From NCBI GenBank assembly GCA_044222475.1, contig JBGANF010000024.1, forward strand, positions 1-64,000: a DNA stretch of 64,000 nucleotides. The letters run 5' to 3'. This DNA is from Polyangiaceae bacterium (lineage in GTDB: Bacteria; Myxococcota_A; Polyangia; Polyangiales; Polyangiaceae). A program made the position numbers and the translations under genes. Positions 8,682-18,555 of this stretch are shown here, piece after piece (the first letter of the stretch is position 1; every line of letters starts with the position of its first letter). The notes under the pieces are model-generated. The model saw nothing but the letters and a program-made list of their open reading frames with translations, was not told the origin of the DNA and did no database searches.

Positions 8682-10063
8682 GCGAGCGACCGCGCGTCGT
8701 CGTCGTCGGTGGCGGGATCACCGGCTTGGTCACCGCGTATCGGCTGCGCGAACGCGCGGACGTCACGTTGCTCGAGGCGGCGCCGCGTCTCGGCGGCAAC
8801 ATCGCGACCGAGCGACGCGACGGCTTCCTGTTGGACGTCGGTCCCGACTCGTGGGTCGCGGCGAAGCCGAAAGCAGCGGCGCTCGCGAAGGAGCTCGGCC
8901 TCGAGGGCGACCTCATCGGGACGAAGCCCGACACGCGCAAGGTCTACGTCGCGTACCACGGGAAGCTCCACCCGCTCCCCGAGGGGCTCGTGCTGGGAGT
9001 GCCGACGCGCATCGGTCCGATGGTGACGACGCGGCTGTTCTCGCTCCTCGGCAAGGCACGCATGGGCCTCGAGCCGATGGTCGCGGCGAAGGATTGGACT
9101 GGCGCCGACGACGACGAAGCGGTCTATGACTTCGTCGCGCGCCGACTCGGGGACGAAGCGGCGTCGCGCCTCGCGGGTCCGCTGCTCGGCGGAATCTTCG
9201 CCGGGGATCCGAAGAAGCTCTCGGTGAGGGCGGCGTTCCCGCAGCTCGTCGAGATGGAGAAGAAGCACAAGTCGCTCATCCGCGCGATGCGAGCGGCGCG
9301 CCGGGTGTCGCACGGCAGTCGGGAGAAGAGCGCGTTCCTGTCGCTCCGGTCCGGCGTCGGCTCGCTCGTCGATCGCCTGGCCGACGCGATTGGCGAGCGC
9401 GCGCGAACGTCGACCGTCGTTCGATCGATCGAGCGGCGAGGAAGCGGCTTCGGCGTTCGCGGCGACGGACTCGAGCTCGCGTGCGACCACGTCGTGCTCG
9501 CGGTCCCGCCCAGGCAGCTCGGGCCGCTCGCGTCGCCGCTCGATGCGTCGCTCGGGCGCGACGCCGACGAGATCGCGGTCACGTCGAGCGCGGTCGTGTT
9601 CCTCGCCTACGCGCAGGACCAGGTGAGCCACCCGCTCGACGCGACCGGGTACATCGTGCCTCGCAGCGAGGGGCTGCGCGCGAGCGCTTCGACCTGGGTG
9701 TCGAGCAAGTGGGAGGGCAGGGCACCCGAGGGTCACGTGCTGCTCCGCGCGTTCTTCGGAGGCGCTGGCTACGAGAGCGACGTCGATCGAAGCGACGACG
9801 AGCTCGAGGCGATCGCGAAGGACGAGATGGGCCAGCTGATGGGGTCGTTCCGCGGCGAGCCGCTCTTCCGTCGCGTTGCGCGGTGGAAGAGCACCCGCGC
9901 GCAGCCGCACGTCGGTCACCTCGCGCGGATGAAGGAGCTGCACGGGCACGTGCGCGCGATCGCGGGTCTGCACGTCGCGGGCGGAGGCTACGACGGCCAC
10001 GCGATCCCAGACTGCATCGCGCAGGCGGACGCGGTCGCGGAATCGATCGCGCCCAAAGCGTAG
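8678..10063 (+). CDS. hemY: FAD-dependent proto/coproporphyrinogen oxidase
   Basis: GGGITG FAD motif, RLGG, GPDS, GIFAGD...LSVRAAFP; ATGA overlap with hemH. Confidence 0.93.
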   Translation: MSERPRVVVVGGGITGLVTAYRLRERADVTLLEAAPRLGGNIATERRDGFLLDVGPDSWVAAKPKAAALAKELGLEGDLIGTKPDTRKVYVAYHGKLHPLPEGLVLGVPTRIGPMVTTRLFSLLGKARMGLEPMVAAKDWTGADDDEAVYDFVARRLGDEAASRLAGPLLGGIFAGDPKKLSVRAAFPQLVEMEKKHKSLIRAMRAARRVSHGSREKSAFLSLRSGVGSLVDRLADAIGERARTSTVVRSIERRGSGFGVRGDGLELACDHVVLAVPPRQLGPLASPLDASLGRDADEIAVTSSAVVFLAYAQDQVSHPLDATGYIVPRSEGLRASASTWVSSKWEGRAPEGHVLLRAFFGGAGYESDVDRSDDELEAIAKDEMGQLMGSFRGEPLFRRVARWKSTRAQPHVGHLARMKELHGHVRAIAGLHVAGGGYDGHAIPDCIAQADAVAESIAPKA

Positions 10064-10066
10064 CGC

Positions 10067-10209
10067 CAGGTTGCGTGCCCTCCTGCCGACGGCTCAGGTC
10101 GACGCTCGGGAGGGGGAGTGGGAAGGGGAGCGGGAAAAGTGCCCGTTCCCGCTCCCGCTCCCACTCCCGAGCGACAACGTTCCAAGCCGGCAGGAGGGCA
10201 CGCGGCCTG
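10067..10209. repeat. About 140-nt nested inverted repeat (REP-like, possible bidirectional terminator) between convergent genes
   Basis: Perfect 16-bp IR 10073-10088/10188-10203; inner imperfect 32-bp IR of GGGAGN hexamers 10103-10134/10142-10173. Confidence 0.85.
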
Positions 10210-10233
10210 CGACAACTCTCTCCCTCCGCGCGC

Positions 10234-11934
10234 TCAGAACTCCGCGGGATCCGTGTACGTCCCGCACACCTCGCGGAGCACGTCGCAAATCTCCTGCTGC
10301 GTGCAGTACGCCTTCGCCGCGTCGATGATCGGCGGCATCAGGTTTTCGTTCGCCGAGGCCGCCTTTCGAACAGCGGCGAGCGCACTGGCCACCTTCGACG
10401 CGTCTCGCGTCGCCTTCACCTTCGCGAGGTTCGCGATCTGCTTCTTCTGCACCTCTTCGTCGATCCGAAGGAGCGGAATGTTCGGCGCGCCGTCGCCCGT
10501 GTCGTACTTGTTCACCCCGACCATCACCCGCTCACCGAGCTCGAGCTGGCGCTGGAACCGGTACGCGCTCGCCGCGATCTCGCGCTGCGGGTAGCCCTTC
10601 TCGATCGCCGCGACCATCCCGCCCATGTCGTCGATGCGCTTGATGTACTCGAGCGCCTCTCGCTCCATCCGGTTCGTCAGATCCTCGATGAACCACGCAC
10701 CGCCCAGCGGATCGATCGTGCTCGCGACCCCGGTCTCCTCCGCGATGATCTGCTGCGTGCGGAGCGCGATCGTGACGGCCTCTTCCGTCGGCAGGGCGTA
10801 CGTCTCGTCGAGGCTGTTCGTGTGGAGCGACTGCGTCCCTCCCAACACCGCGGCGAGCGCCTGCAGCGCGACCCGCACCACGTTGTTGTACGGCTGCTGC
10901 GCCGTCAGCGAGACACCCGCGGTCTGCGCGTGGGTCCGGAGCTTCATGCTCTCGGCCTTCTTCGCGCCGAAGCGATCCTTCATCAGCCGCGCCCACATGC
11001 GTCGCGCGGCGCGGAACTTGGCGATCTCCTCGAAGAAGTCGTTGTGGACGTCCCAGAAGAACGAAAGCCGCGGTCCGAAGTCGTCGACCGAGAGCCCGCG
11101 CGCGACCGCCGACTCGACGTAGGCCAGCCCGTCGGCGATGGTGAACGCGAGCTCTTGAGCGGCCGTCGCTCCGGCTTCGCGGATGTGATAGCCGCTGATG
11201 CTCACGGTGTTCCACCGCGGTACCTCTTTGGTACAAAACTCGATCATGTCGGTGACGATGCGCATCGCCGGCCGCGGCGGGACGAGCCACGCGTGCTGGG
11301 CGATGAACTCCTTGAGGCAGTCGTTCTGGACGGTGCCGCCGATCGCGTCGCGCGGGATGCCGCGCTGATCGGCGAGGGCGACGTAGAACGCGAGCAGCAC
11401 GATCGCCGGCCCGTTGATCGTCATCGACGTCGTCACCTTGTCGAGCGGGATCCCGTCGAAGAGGACCTCCATGTCGCGCAGCGTGTCGACCGCGACACCG
11501 CACATGCCGACCTCGCCGAGGGAGCGCGGCGAGTCGGAGTCGTACCCCATGAGCGTGGGGAAATCGAAGGCGGTCGAGAGGCCGGTCTGACCTTGCTCGA
11601 GCAGGTACTTGAAGCGCTCGTTCGTCTGCTCCGGCGTCCCGAAGCCCGCGAACATGCGCATCGTCCACAGTCGGCCGCGGTACATCGTCGGCTGAACGCC
11701 GCGCGTGAAAGGAAACTCGCCGGGGAGACCGAGGTCGCGCGCGTGATCGATGCTCACGTCGGCTGGAGTGAGCACGTCTTCGACCGGGATGTCGCTCCAG
11801 GTCGTGAAGCGCGGCTTCCTCGGCGGGAGCTTCGCTTCGGCTTTCGCCACCGCGCCTTTCCGCCAGGCTTCCTTCGCCGCGCGGAGCACGGCGAGATCAC
11901 CGGGGAAGTCGCCGATCACGTCTTCTTGCGCCAT
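10234..11934 (-). CDS. B12-dependent acyl-CoA mutase large subunit (isobutyryl-CoA mutase IcmA-like)
   Basis: [39 protein letters not shown]; no C-terminal cobalamin domain; Phe/Gln specificity residues. Confidence 0.92.
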   Translation of the reverse strand: MAQEDVIGDFPGDLAVLRAAKEAWRKGAVAKAEAKLPPRKPRFTTWSDIPVEDVLTPADVSIDHARDLGLPGEFPFTRGVQPTMYRGRLWTMRMFAGFGTPEQTNERFKYLLEQGQTGLSTAFDFPTLMGYDSDSPRSLGEVGMCGVAVDTLRDMEVLFDGIPLDKVTTSMTINGPAIVLLAFYVALADQRGIPRDAIGGTVQNDCLKEFIAQHAWLVPPRPAMRIVTDMIEFCTKEVPRWNTVSISGYHIREAGATAAQELAFTIADGLAYVESAVARGLSVDDFGPRLSFFWDVHNDFFEEIAKFRAARRMWARLMKDRFGAKKAESMKLRTHAQTAGVSLTAQQPYNNVVRVALQALAAVLGGTQSLHTNSLDETYALPTEEAVTIALRTQQIIAEETGVASTIDPLGGAWFIEDLTNRMEREALEYIKRIDDMGGMVAAIEKGYPQREIAASAYRFQRQLELGERVMVGVNKYDTGDGAPNIPLLRIDEEVQKKQIANLAKVKATRDASKVASALAAVRKAASANENLMPPIIDAAKAYCTQQEICDVLREVCGTYTDPAEF

Positions 11935-11975
11935 GGGCTCAGGATAGCGCTTTTAGGCGCGTCGTGGCACCGAGG

Positions 11976-12644
11976 TCAGCCTTCGGCTTCGTCCGTCTTC
12001 GGCTCGGTCGCGGCCGAGGCGGCGGCGCGGCTGCGGAGGACCATCATCACGAGGTACGCGAGCGAGAGGACGACGATGCCGATGACGATCGTGCCGAGCT
12101 TGGCCTTGACCGCCTTGACGAGGGTCTCCGGATCGTTCGCGTGGATCATCTCCGGCGTGATGACCTGGGCTCCGTAGAGCGAGAGGATCGTGCACCAGAT
12201 CCCGGCACCGACCGTGGTCGCGACGCTGAAACGCCCGTACGGCATGCCGAGGATTCCCGCCGGGATCGACACGAGGTGCCGCACCACCGGCAGGAGCCGC
12301 GCGAAGAAGACGCCGCCCGCGCCGTAGCGCTGGACCCACGCGGTCGCCGCGTCGATCTTCTCGGGCTTGAGGAACACGTATTTGCCGAAGCGGCGAATGA
12401 CCGGGAGGCCCAGCCACTTGCTCAGCCAGTAGCTCACCGCCGAGCCGAAGTAGCTGCCCGCGGTGCCTGCGAGGATCACGCCGACCATGCTGAGCTGGCC
12501 CTGCGCCGCGAAGTACGCCGCCGGCGGCATGACGACCTCGCTCGGGACCGGGACGATGGAGCTCTCGAGCGCCATCAAGAGGAAGATGCCGAGATAGCCC
12601 CAGTTCTCCACCCAGGAAAACCAGACCTCGAGCAGGTGGTGCAT
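11976..12644 (-). CDS. DedA family membrane protein
   Basis: LESSIVPVPSEVV, ARLLPVVRHLVSIPAG. Confidence 0.92.
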   Translation of the reverse strand: MHHLLEVWFSWVENWGYLGIFLLMALESSIVPVPSEVVMPPAAYFAAQGQLSMVGVILAGTAGSYFGSAVSYWLSKWLGLPVIRRFGKYVFLKPEKIDAATAWVQRYGAGGVFFARLLPVVRHLVSIPAGILGMPYGRFSVATTVGAGIWCTILSLYGAQVITPEMIHANDPETLVKAVKAKLGTIVIGIVVLSLAYLVMMVLRSRAAASAATEPKTDEAEG

Positions 12645-12645
12645 G

Positions 12646-13695
12646 TCAGGGTTCTTTCTTCTTCAGCGCCGCGAGCTCTTTCGAGAGGTCGACCGCCGGG
12701 AGGGTCGGGTCCTCGCCGATCTGCTTGGAGATCTCCTCCGCCTTCTTGGCGGTGGTGAGGACGTCGCGGATGTCGATCGCGGGAGCGGTCGGCTCGTCGG
12801 TGAACGACGGCGACCGGAGCTTCAAGGTCGGCATCGGCGCGGTCGCCGGGACGTCGGGCCCGGGCGGGGGCACCTCGGTCTTGGCGCCCTCGACCTCGTC
12901 GGGGACGGGCGTGTCGGACTCGCCGTCGAAATCTTCGATTCGGATCACGACCGCGGTGATGTTGTCCTCGCCGCCGTTCGCGTTGGCGCGCTCGATGAGG
13001 CGCTTCGGTGCCTCGCGCATGTCGTTGTTCGACGCGGTGATGATCGCGAGGATGTCGTCGTCCTGGATCATGCCCGAGAGGCCATCGGAGCAGAGGACGT
13101 ACACGTCGCCGACGTTCGCGTCGTCGTGTTGCAGGTCGACCATGACTTGATCCTGCATGCCGAGCGCGCGGGTGATGACGTTCTTCGGGAGCTCCTTGCG
13201 CTGCTCCTCCGTGAGGTCGGGCATCGCGAGGAGGTAGTCGTTGAAGAGCGAGTGGTCGCGCGTGAGCTGGGCGATCTTGCCCTCGCGGATGCGGTAGCAG
13301 CGCGAGTCCCCGACGTGCCCGATGTACATCTTGCTCTTCTTCGGGCTGAACATCGCGCCGACGACCGTCGTTCCCATGCCGTGGTGCTCGCGCGAGCGGC
13401 TGCTGCGATCGAAGATCTGGCGGTTCGCGACCCGGATGCCGGTGAGGAGGCGGTTCTCTTCTTCGGACAGGCTCGTGTCGAAGTGGAACGGCCAGGTCAC
13501 GTCCTCGTTGGCGGTGGACTTGAAGAAGTCCGAGATCGCCTCGGTGGCGAGCTTGGACGCGACGTCACCCGCGCGATGGCCTCCCATGCCATCCGCCACG
13601 ACGTACAAATCGAAGTCTTTGAGGACGACGAACGAATCCTCGTTGTGCTCGCGTTGGAGCCCAACGTCCGTCAATCCCCAGGCGACCGCCCGCAT
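12646..13695 (-). CDS. PP2C-type Ser/Thr phosphatase (Stp1/Pph1-like)
   Basis: DVGLQREHNED, VADGMGGH, HVGDSR, LCSDGL, GGEDNIT; GGAGAGG upstream. Confidence 0.93.
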   Translation of the reverse strand: MRAVAWGLTDVGLQREHNEDSFVVLKDFDLYVVADGMGGHRAGDVASKLATEAISDFFKSTANEDVTWPFHFDTSLSEEENRLLTGIRVANRQIFDRSSRSREHHGMGTTVVGAMFSPKKSKMYIGHVGDSRCYRIREGKIAQLTRDHSLFNDYLLAMPDLTEEQRKELPKNVITRALGMQDQVMVDLQHDDANVGDVYVLCSDGLSGMIQDDDILAIITASNNDMREAPKRLIERANANGGEDNITAVVIRIEDFDGESDTPVPDEVEGAKTEVPPPGPDVPATAPMPTLKLRSPSFTDEPTAPAIDIRDVLTTAKKAEEISKQIGEDPTLPAVDLSKELAALKKKEP

Positions 13696-13723
13696 CAACG
13701 GAACCTCTCCCGCGTAATGATAT

Positions 13724-13740
13724 CGAGGGTTTCACCCTCG
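13724..13740. terminator. Short hairpin between frr and the phosphatase gene
   Basis: CGAGGGT-TTC-ACCCTCG perfect 7-bp stem; no U-tract. Confidence 0.3.
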
Positions 13741-13766
13741 CTCTCGGGTGTCAAGGCGGCCACGTC

Positions 13767-14324
13767 CTAGACCTCCAGGATGTCCTTTTCCTTGCCACCG
13801 ACGATCGTCTCGACTTGCTTCGAGCCGTCGGCGACCGCCTCCTCGGCCTTCTTCTTCGCGCGATCGACGTCGTCGGCGCTGGCTTCGCCTTCGGTCTCGA
13901 TCTGGCTCAGCATGTCGAGTGCTTCGTGGCGCGCCTTGCGGATCGTCACCTTGCACTCCTCCCCGTACTTGCGCGCGATCTTCACGAACTCCTTGCGGCG
14001 CTCCTCGGTGAGGGGAGGCAGCGGAATCCGAATGATGTCGCCGTCCGGCTGCGGGTTGAGGTTGAGCTCCGACTCACGGAGCGCCTTCTCGACCGCTTTG
14101 ATCTGACTCTTGTCCCACGGCTTCACCGTGATGAGGCGCGGCTCGGGCACGCTGATGTTCGCCATCTTCGAGAGCTGGGTCATCGTGCCGTAGTAGTCGA
14201 CGCGGATCCCGTCGAGGAGGTTCGCGTTCGCGCGCCCGGCGCGCAGCTTTCCGAGCTCGCGCTTGAGGTTCTCGTGCGCCTTTCCGATCGCAGTGAGCAG
14301 CTCTTTATGGACGTCGTCGAGCAT
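13767..14324 (-). CDS. frr: Ribosome recycling factor
   Basis: LRAGRAN, VDYYG, PPLTEERRKE; 185 aa; GGAG upstream. Confidence 0.97.
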   Translation of the reverse strand: MLDDVHKELLTAIGKAHENLKRELGKLRAGRANANLLDGIRVDYYGTMTQLSKMANISVPEPRLITVKPWDKSQIKAVEKALRESELNLNPQPDGDIIRIPLPPLTEERRKEFVKIARKYGEECKVTIRKARHEALDMLSQIETEGEASADDVDRAKKKAEEAVADGSKQVETIVGGKEKDILEV

Positions 14325-14408
14325 CGTGATCTCCGGTGCCTTCCCGAATGCCGCCGACCGTAGCACCATTTTCGGCGGCCGCGCGAGGCACTTGGTATAG
14401 CGAGAGTC

Positions 14409-16085
14409 GTGCGCCGCCGTCCCTTTTCAGCGCTGCTTTCTCTTGCATTTTTCGTGGCCGTCGCCGGATCGGGCTGCGACGGCTGCGGGGGCGCGGCCCC
14501 GGCACCCGGCGCACGCGAGGCATCGGTCGCCCTCGCCGCGGTGCCGGCCCCGACGGGCCTCCTCGCGGAGGCGGTCCTGCCGACGCCCGATGCGACGTGG
14601 CGCACGATCCAGGGCACGGTCGGCGGCGTCCTCGCCCTCACCGCGCCCACGTTCAGCGGTTTGATCGGCGCCACCGCCGGCGCGCCCGGCCTCAGCGGTC
14701 TCGTCGAGTCCGACTCGCCCGCCTACGTCGTCGTCGGGGAGGGCGAGGGGGTGCACTACGCCGTCGCGTTCCGGGCCAACGAGGCGGCGGCGAAATCGTG
14801 GGCAGGAGCCGACGCGGGCACGTTCACGCGCTCGGCGACCGACGAAGAGCACCTCACGATCTTCGAGCCGGTGCGCCCCGACGGTCCGTGGGTCGGGGTC
14901 GCACCGGGCAATTTCGTCGTCGTCGCGAGCTCACGCGCCGATCTCGTCCGGCTCGGCCCGTACGCGTTCCGCACGCTGCCGTCGCGGCCGCTGCCGAAGG
15001 AGCCGGCGCTGGTGCACGTCACGCACGACGGCGCGAGCCGGCTCGCCGCGATCGTCGCCGGGCGCTGGACCGACGCGAAGACCGACCTCCTCGCGAAGGA
15101 CGACGAGCAACGAAAGGCCCACGGCGGGCGTGCGCCCGACCACGGCGACCCGCGCGCGCTCGTGGGCGCGGTCGATCGTTGGATCGGTGCGTGGCTCGAT
15201 GCGGCGCGCAACGTCTCCGGCGGCGACGTCACGATCGATCCGCTCGAAGGCGCCGACCGGTCGCTCGCGTTCGAGGTCCTCCTCACGCCGGAGGACGCGG
15301 GACCGGCGAAGGCGCTCGTCACCGGGATCCACGCCGGCGAGCTCCGCGCGCTCGAAGGCGCGCCCGACGGAGCGCTGTTCGCGCTCGACGTTCGTTCGGA
15401 TGCGGCCGAGCGCACGGCGACCGCGGCCGACCTCGCGAAGACCGCCGAGGACGTGTTCCGCCTCAGCGCGGCGGATCGCGACGCGCTCGCCGCCGACCTG
15501 GGCGCGTGGGCCGACGCTCGCTCCGACGAGGTCGTTCTCGGTTTCACCGGCACGCCATCGCGCGCCGTGTTCCTTCGTGCGCCGGTGAAGGACGAAGCGG
15601 TCGCGCAGAAGGCGTTCGATCGCCTCGTGCGCCGCGCGGACAGCGCGAGCCTCCACGACCTGTGGCGCGCCGCGCTCGACGTGAACAATGTGCATAGTGC
15701 AACTGTTTCGGCGGCCGGGGTCGGGAGCGGGACGCTGGTGACGCTCGACCGCAAGACCGAGCCGAAGCTCGGGCTGTTCTACACCGCGCAGCGCGGCGAG
15801 CTCGTCGCGACCGGCGCCGAAGACGCGCCGGCTGCGGCCGCAGCCTTGCTCGGCGGGGGCAAGCGCCTCGGCGACGACCCGCGCGTGCACGACGCGCTCG
15901 GCCGCATCCGGGGCCGAGCCGCTCTCGTCGCGGTCGCGCGGCCGCTTCTTGCGAGCGCCGCACCGCGGAGCGACGCCGCCATTTTGGCGGCTGGTCGCGA
16001 CGGCGATCGTGCGATGCTGCGGCTCGAAGCGACGGGCGCGCTCCTCCGCGAGCTCCTGCGTCGCCTGCAAGCCGCCGGACCCTGA
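14409..16085 (+). CDS. Hypothetical lipoprotein
   Basis: Signal peptide ending AGSGC; typical codon bias; no recognised domain. Confidence 0.7.
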   Translation: MRRRPFSALLSLAFFVAVAGSGCDGCGGAAPAPGAREASVALAAVPAPTGLLAEAVLPTPDATWRTIQGTVGGVLALTAPTFSGLIGATAGAPGLSGLVESDSPAYVVVGEGEGVHYAVAFRANEAAAKSWAGADAGTFTRSATDEEHLTIFEPVRPDGPWVGVAPGNFVVVASSRADLVRLGPYAFRTLPSRPLPKEPALVHVTHDGASRLAAIVAGRWTDAKTDLLAKDDEQRKAHGGRAPDHGDPRALVGAVDRWIGAWLDAARNVSGGDVTIDPLEGADRSLAFEVLLTPEDAGPAKALVTGIHAGELRALEGAPDGALFALDVRSDAAERTATAADLAKTAEDVFRLSAADRDALAADLGAWADARSDEVVLGFTGTPSRAVFLRAPVKDEAVAQKAFDRLVRRADSASLHDLWRAALDVNNVHSATVSAAGVGSGTLVTLDRKTEPKLGLFYTAQRGELVATGAEDAPAAAAALLGGGKRLGDDPRVHDALGRIRGRAALVAVARPLLASAAPRSDAAILAAGRDGDRAMLRLEATGALLRELLRRLQAAGP

Positions 16086-16091
16086 GCACTC

Positions 16092-16916
16092 GTGGACCTC
16101 TCCTTTCGCTACCTCACGATCGAGCTGTTCCAACGCGCGCTCCTCGCGGGCGCGCTTCTCGCCGCGCTCCTCGCGGTCCTCGGCGTGCTGGTCACCGCGC
16201 GCGGCCTCGCGTACCTCGGAGACGGGCTCTCTCACGCGGCGTTCGGCGGCATCGCGCTCGGGATGTACCTCGGGATCGCGAGCCCGCTCTACATCGCGAT
16301 CCCGTTCACCGCGCTCGCGGCCATCGGCATCGGCGCGCTCCGTCGTCGCGGTGGTCTCCGATCCGACGTCGCGATGGCGGCGCTGTTCGCCGTGTGCTTC
16401 GCGATCGGCATCATCCTCCTGCGCAAGGCGAAGCGCACCGAAGCGACGTTCGATCCCGAACAGCTCCTGTTCGGCAACATCCTGCTCGTCGGTTCGAGCG
16501 ACCTCTACGTCGTCCTCGTCATCGCCGCGGCGACGGCGATCTTCCTCGCGGTCACGTGGTCGCGCGTCGCGTACGCCACCTTCGACGAGGAGCTCGCGCG
16601 CCTCTCCGGGATTCACGTGGGCTGGCTCGAGAGCGCACTGCTCGCGCTCCTCGCCGCGGTCGTCGTCGCGGCGATTCGGCTCGCCGGGGTCGTGTTGGTG
16701 AGCGCGTTCCTCGTCATCCCGCCGGCGACGGCGCGGTTCTTCGGCCGCTCGCTCGGCGGGCTGGTGCAGTGGGCCGTGGGGGCGGGGGTGCTCGGCGTGT
16801 TCGTGGGGTTCGTCGTCGCCCACGCGCTGAGATGGCCCGAAGGCGCGTCGATCGTGCTGACGCTGGCCTTCTTCCTCCTTGCCGGCTTCGGGATACGCCG
16901 TATCCGCGGTCACTGA
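16092..16916 (+). CDS. Metal ABC transporter permease (ZnuB/ABC-3 family)
   Basis: GDGLSHAAFGGIA, LLFGNIL, FDEELARLSG, LVIPPATA. Confidence 0.92.
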   Translation: MDLSFRYLTIELFQRALLAGALLAALLAVLGVLVTARGLAYLGDGLSHAAFGGIALGMYLGIASPLYIAIPFTALAAIGIGALRRRGGLRSDVAMAALFAVCFAIGIILLRKAKRTEATFDPEQLLFGNILLVGSSDLYVVLVIAAATAIFLAVTWSRVAYATFDEELARLSGIHVGWLESALLALLAAVVVAAIRLAGVVLVSAFLVIPPATARFFGRSLGGLVQWAVGAGVLGVFVGFVVAHALRWPEGASIVLTLAFFLLAGFGIRRIRGH

Positions 16917-17031
16917 GCGGTCATCGAGGAACGCATTGACCCACCGCAAGGGCGACGTCACAAAGCGTGCCCTCGCCCGGGACTCGCGGTACGATGATTC
17001 CAGGGTGTTTTCACACCCGCCGAGGCTTCCC

Positions 17032-18537
17032 ATGTCGAACTTCTCTGGTGTCCGCTTTTCCGCCCCCCGAGCCGCGCTCGTCCTCGTCCTCGTCGCCTGC
17101 GGCTTGCTCGCGGCGACCGGCTGCGGGCGCAGCGGCCTCGACGACTACCTTCCGTCCGACGCCAGCGTCGACGTCCCCAACGACAACCAAGGCGGCGACG
17201 GCGGGACCTGCAACCCGGCGACGTGTCCGACCGGATGCTGCGACGCGAACGGGCAGTGTCGCGTCGGCGCCGATTTCGGAGCGTGCGGCTCCGCCGGCGG
17301 GAAGTGCGAGGACTGCGGAGCGTCCGGCTTCGACTACTGCGACCCGAACCTCCGTCAATGCGCGAAGGACCTCCCGGGTTGCGATGCGCTGAGCTGTCCG
17401 ACCGGATGCTGCTTCGACCTCAACGGTCAGGGCGTGTGCGTCAGCGGCAACTCGTCGGTCGCGTGCGGCAGTGGCGGCATCAAGTGCGCCGACTGCAGCC
17501 AGTCGGGCACCGTGTGCGACATCTCGGTGAAGAAGTGCGCGCCGCCGAAGTGCGGTCCCCAGAACTGCAAGGGATGCTGCTCCGGTGACGTGTGCCTCGG
17601 TGGCACCGACGGAAAGGCCTGCGGCAAGGGTGGTCTCCTCTGCACGGACTGCGCCGGGAAGGGGCAGACCTGCAACACGACGACCGGCGCCTGCGATGGC
17701 CCGCCGCCGACCTGCACTCCGCAGACGTGCCCGAACGGATGTTGCCAAGGCAACAACTGCCTGCCGTCGACGAACACGACCTGCGGCATCCAGGGCAAGG
17801 CCTGCCAGAACTGCACGCTGTCCAACGGCACCTGCTCGAACGGCACGTGCGTCGTCCAGCCGACGTGTACGCCGCAGAACTGCCCGTCGGGTTGTTGCCA
17901 GGCCGGCACCTGCTTCGCCGGGTTCACCAACAACCGCTGCGGATCGAACGGCAACAACTGCGTCGACTGCACCGCGCAGAACAGCGTCTGCAACACCAGC
18001 GTGAACCCGCGCGTCTGCAACAACCAGCAGTCGACCTGTCCGGCGCCGTATCCCAGCTGCCCGCTCAACGTCACCACGCCGGTGCTTCCGGTGACGAAGA
18101 ACGCGTGCACCGCCCAGGACCTCCAGGACGCGCAGAGCGCGTGCTCCGGCGGTGCGGGCACGTTCGCGTGCGACTCGTTCTTCGCGACCATCACCCAGAT
18201 CAAGCCGGCGTGCGCCAAGTGCCTCGCGCCCTTCAACTACTCGTTCTTCGAAGGAACCGGCATCTACAACTGCGTCGCTCCGTTCGTGACCTCGATCTGC
18301 AATCGCAACACCGGCTGCGCGACGAACTGCCAGGACACGAGCTGCTCTCAGTGCCCGTCGAACTCGATCGATCAGTGCCGCACCTCGGTGCGCCAGGGCG
18401 GTCAGTGCCAGAGCTACTTCGTCAACACCCAGTGCGTCCTCCAGGGGCTCCAGTCGGTGCAAGGGCAGTTCTGCCAGCCGCAAGGCAACTTCGGCAACTG
18501 GCTGCAGACGGTCGGCGGTCGCTACTGTGGGCCCTGA
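17032..18537 (+). CDS. Cys-rich repeat lipoprotein
   Basis: Lipobox ATGC; five C-x4-C-x1,2-G-C-C modules. Confidence 0.8.
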   Translation: MSNFSGVRFSAPRAALVLVLVACGLLAATGCGRSGLDDYLPSDASVDVPNDNQGGDGGTCNPATCPTGCCDANGQCRVGADFGACGSAGGKCEDCGASGFDYCDPNLRQCAKDLPGCDALSCPTGCCFDLNGQGVCVSGNSSVACGSGGIKCADCSQSGTVCDISVKKCAPPKCGPQNCKGCCSGDVCLGGTDGKACGKGGLLCTDCAGKGQTCNTTTGACDGPPPTCTPQTCPNGCCQGNNCLPSTNTTCGIQGKACQNCTLSNGTCSNGTCVVQPTCTPQNCPSGCCQAGTCFAGFTNNRCGSNGNNCVDCTAQNSVCNTSVNPRVCNNQQSTCPAPYPSCPLNVTTPVLPVTKNACTAQDLQDAQSACSGGAGTFACDSFFATITQIKPACAKCLAPFNYSFFEGTGIYNCVAPFVTSICNRNTGCATNCQDTSCSQCPSNSIDQCRTSVRQGGQCQSYFVNTQCVLQGLQSVQGQFCQPQGNFGNWLQTVGGRYCGP

Positions 18538-18555
18538 CCGGTCACTGGACCTACG

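Noticed and set aside
13716..13754. TTGACA and TATCAT on the minus strand as one promoter for the phosphatase
   Set aside because: Spacer is about 26 nt, too long for a single sigma70 promoter
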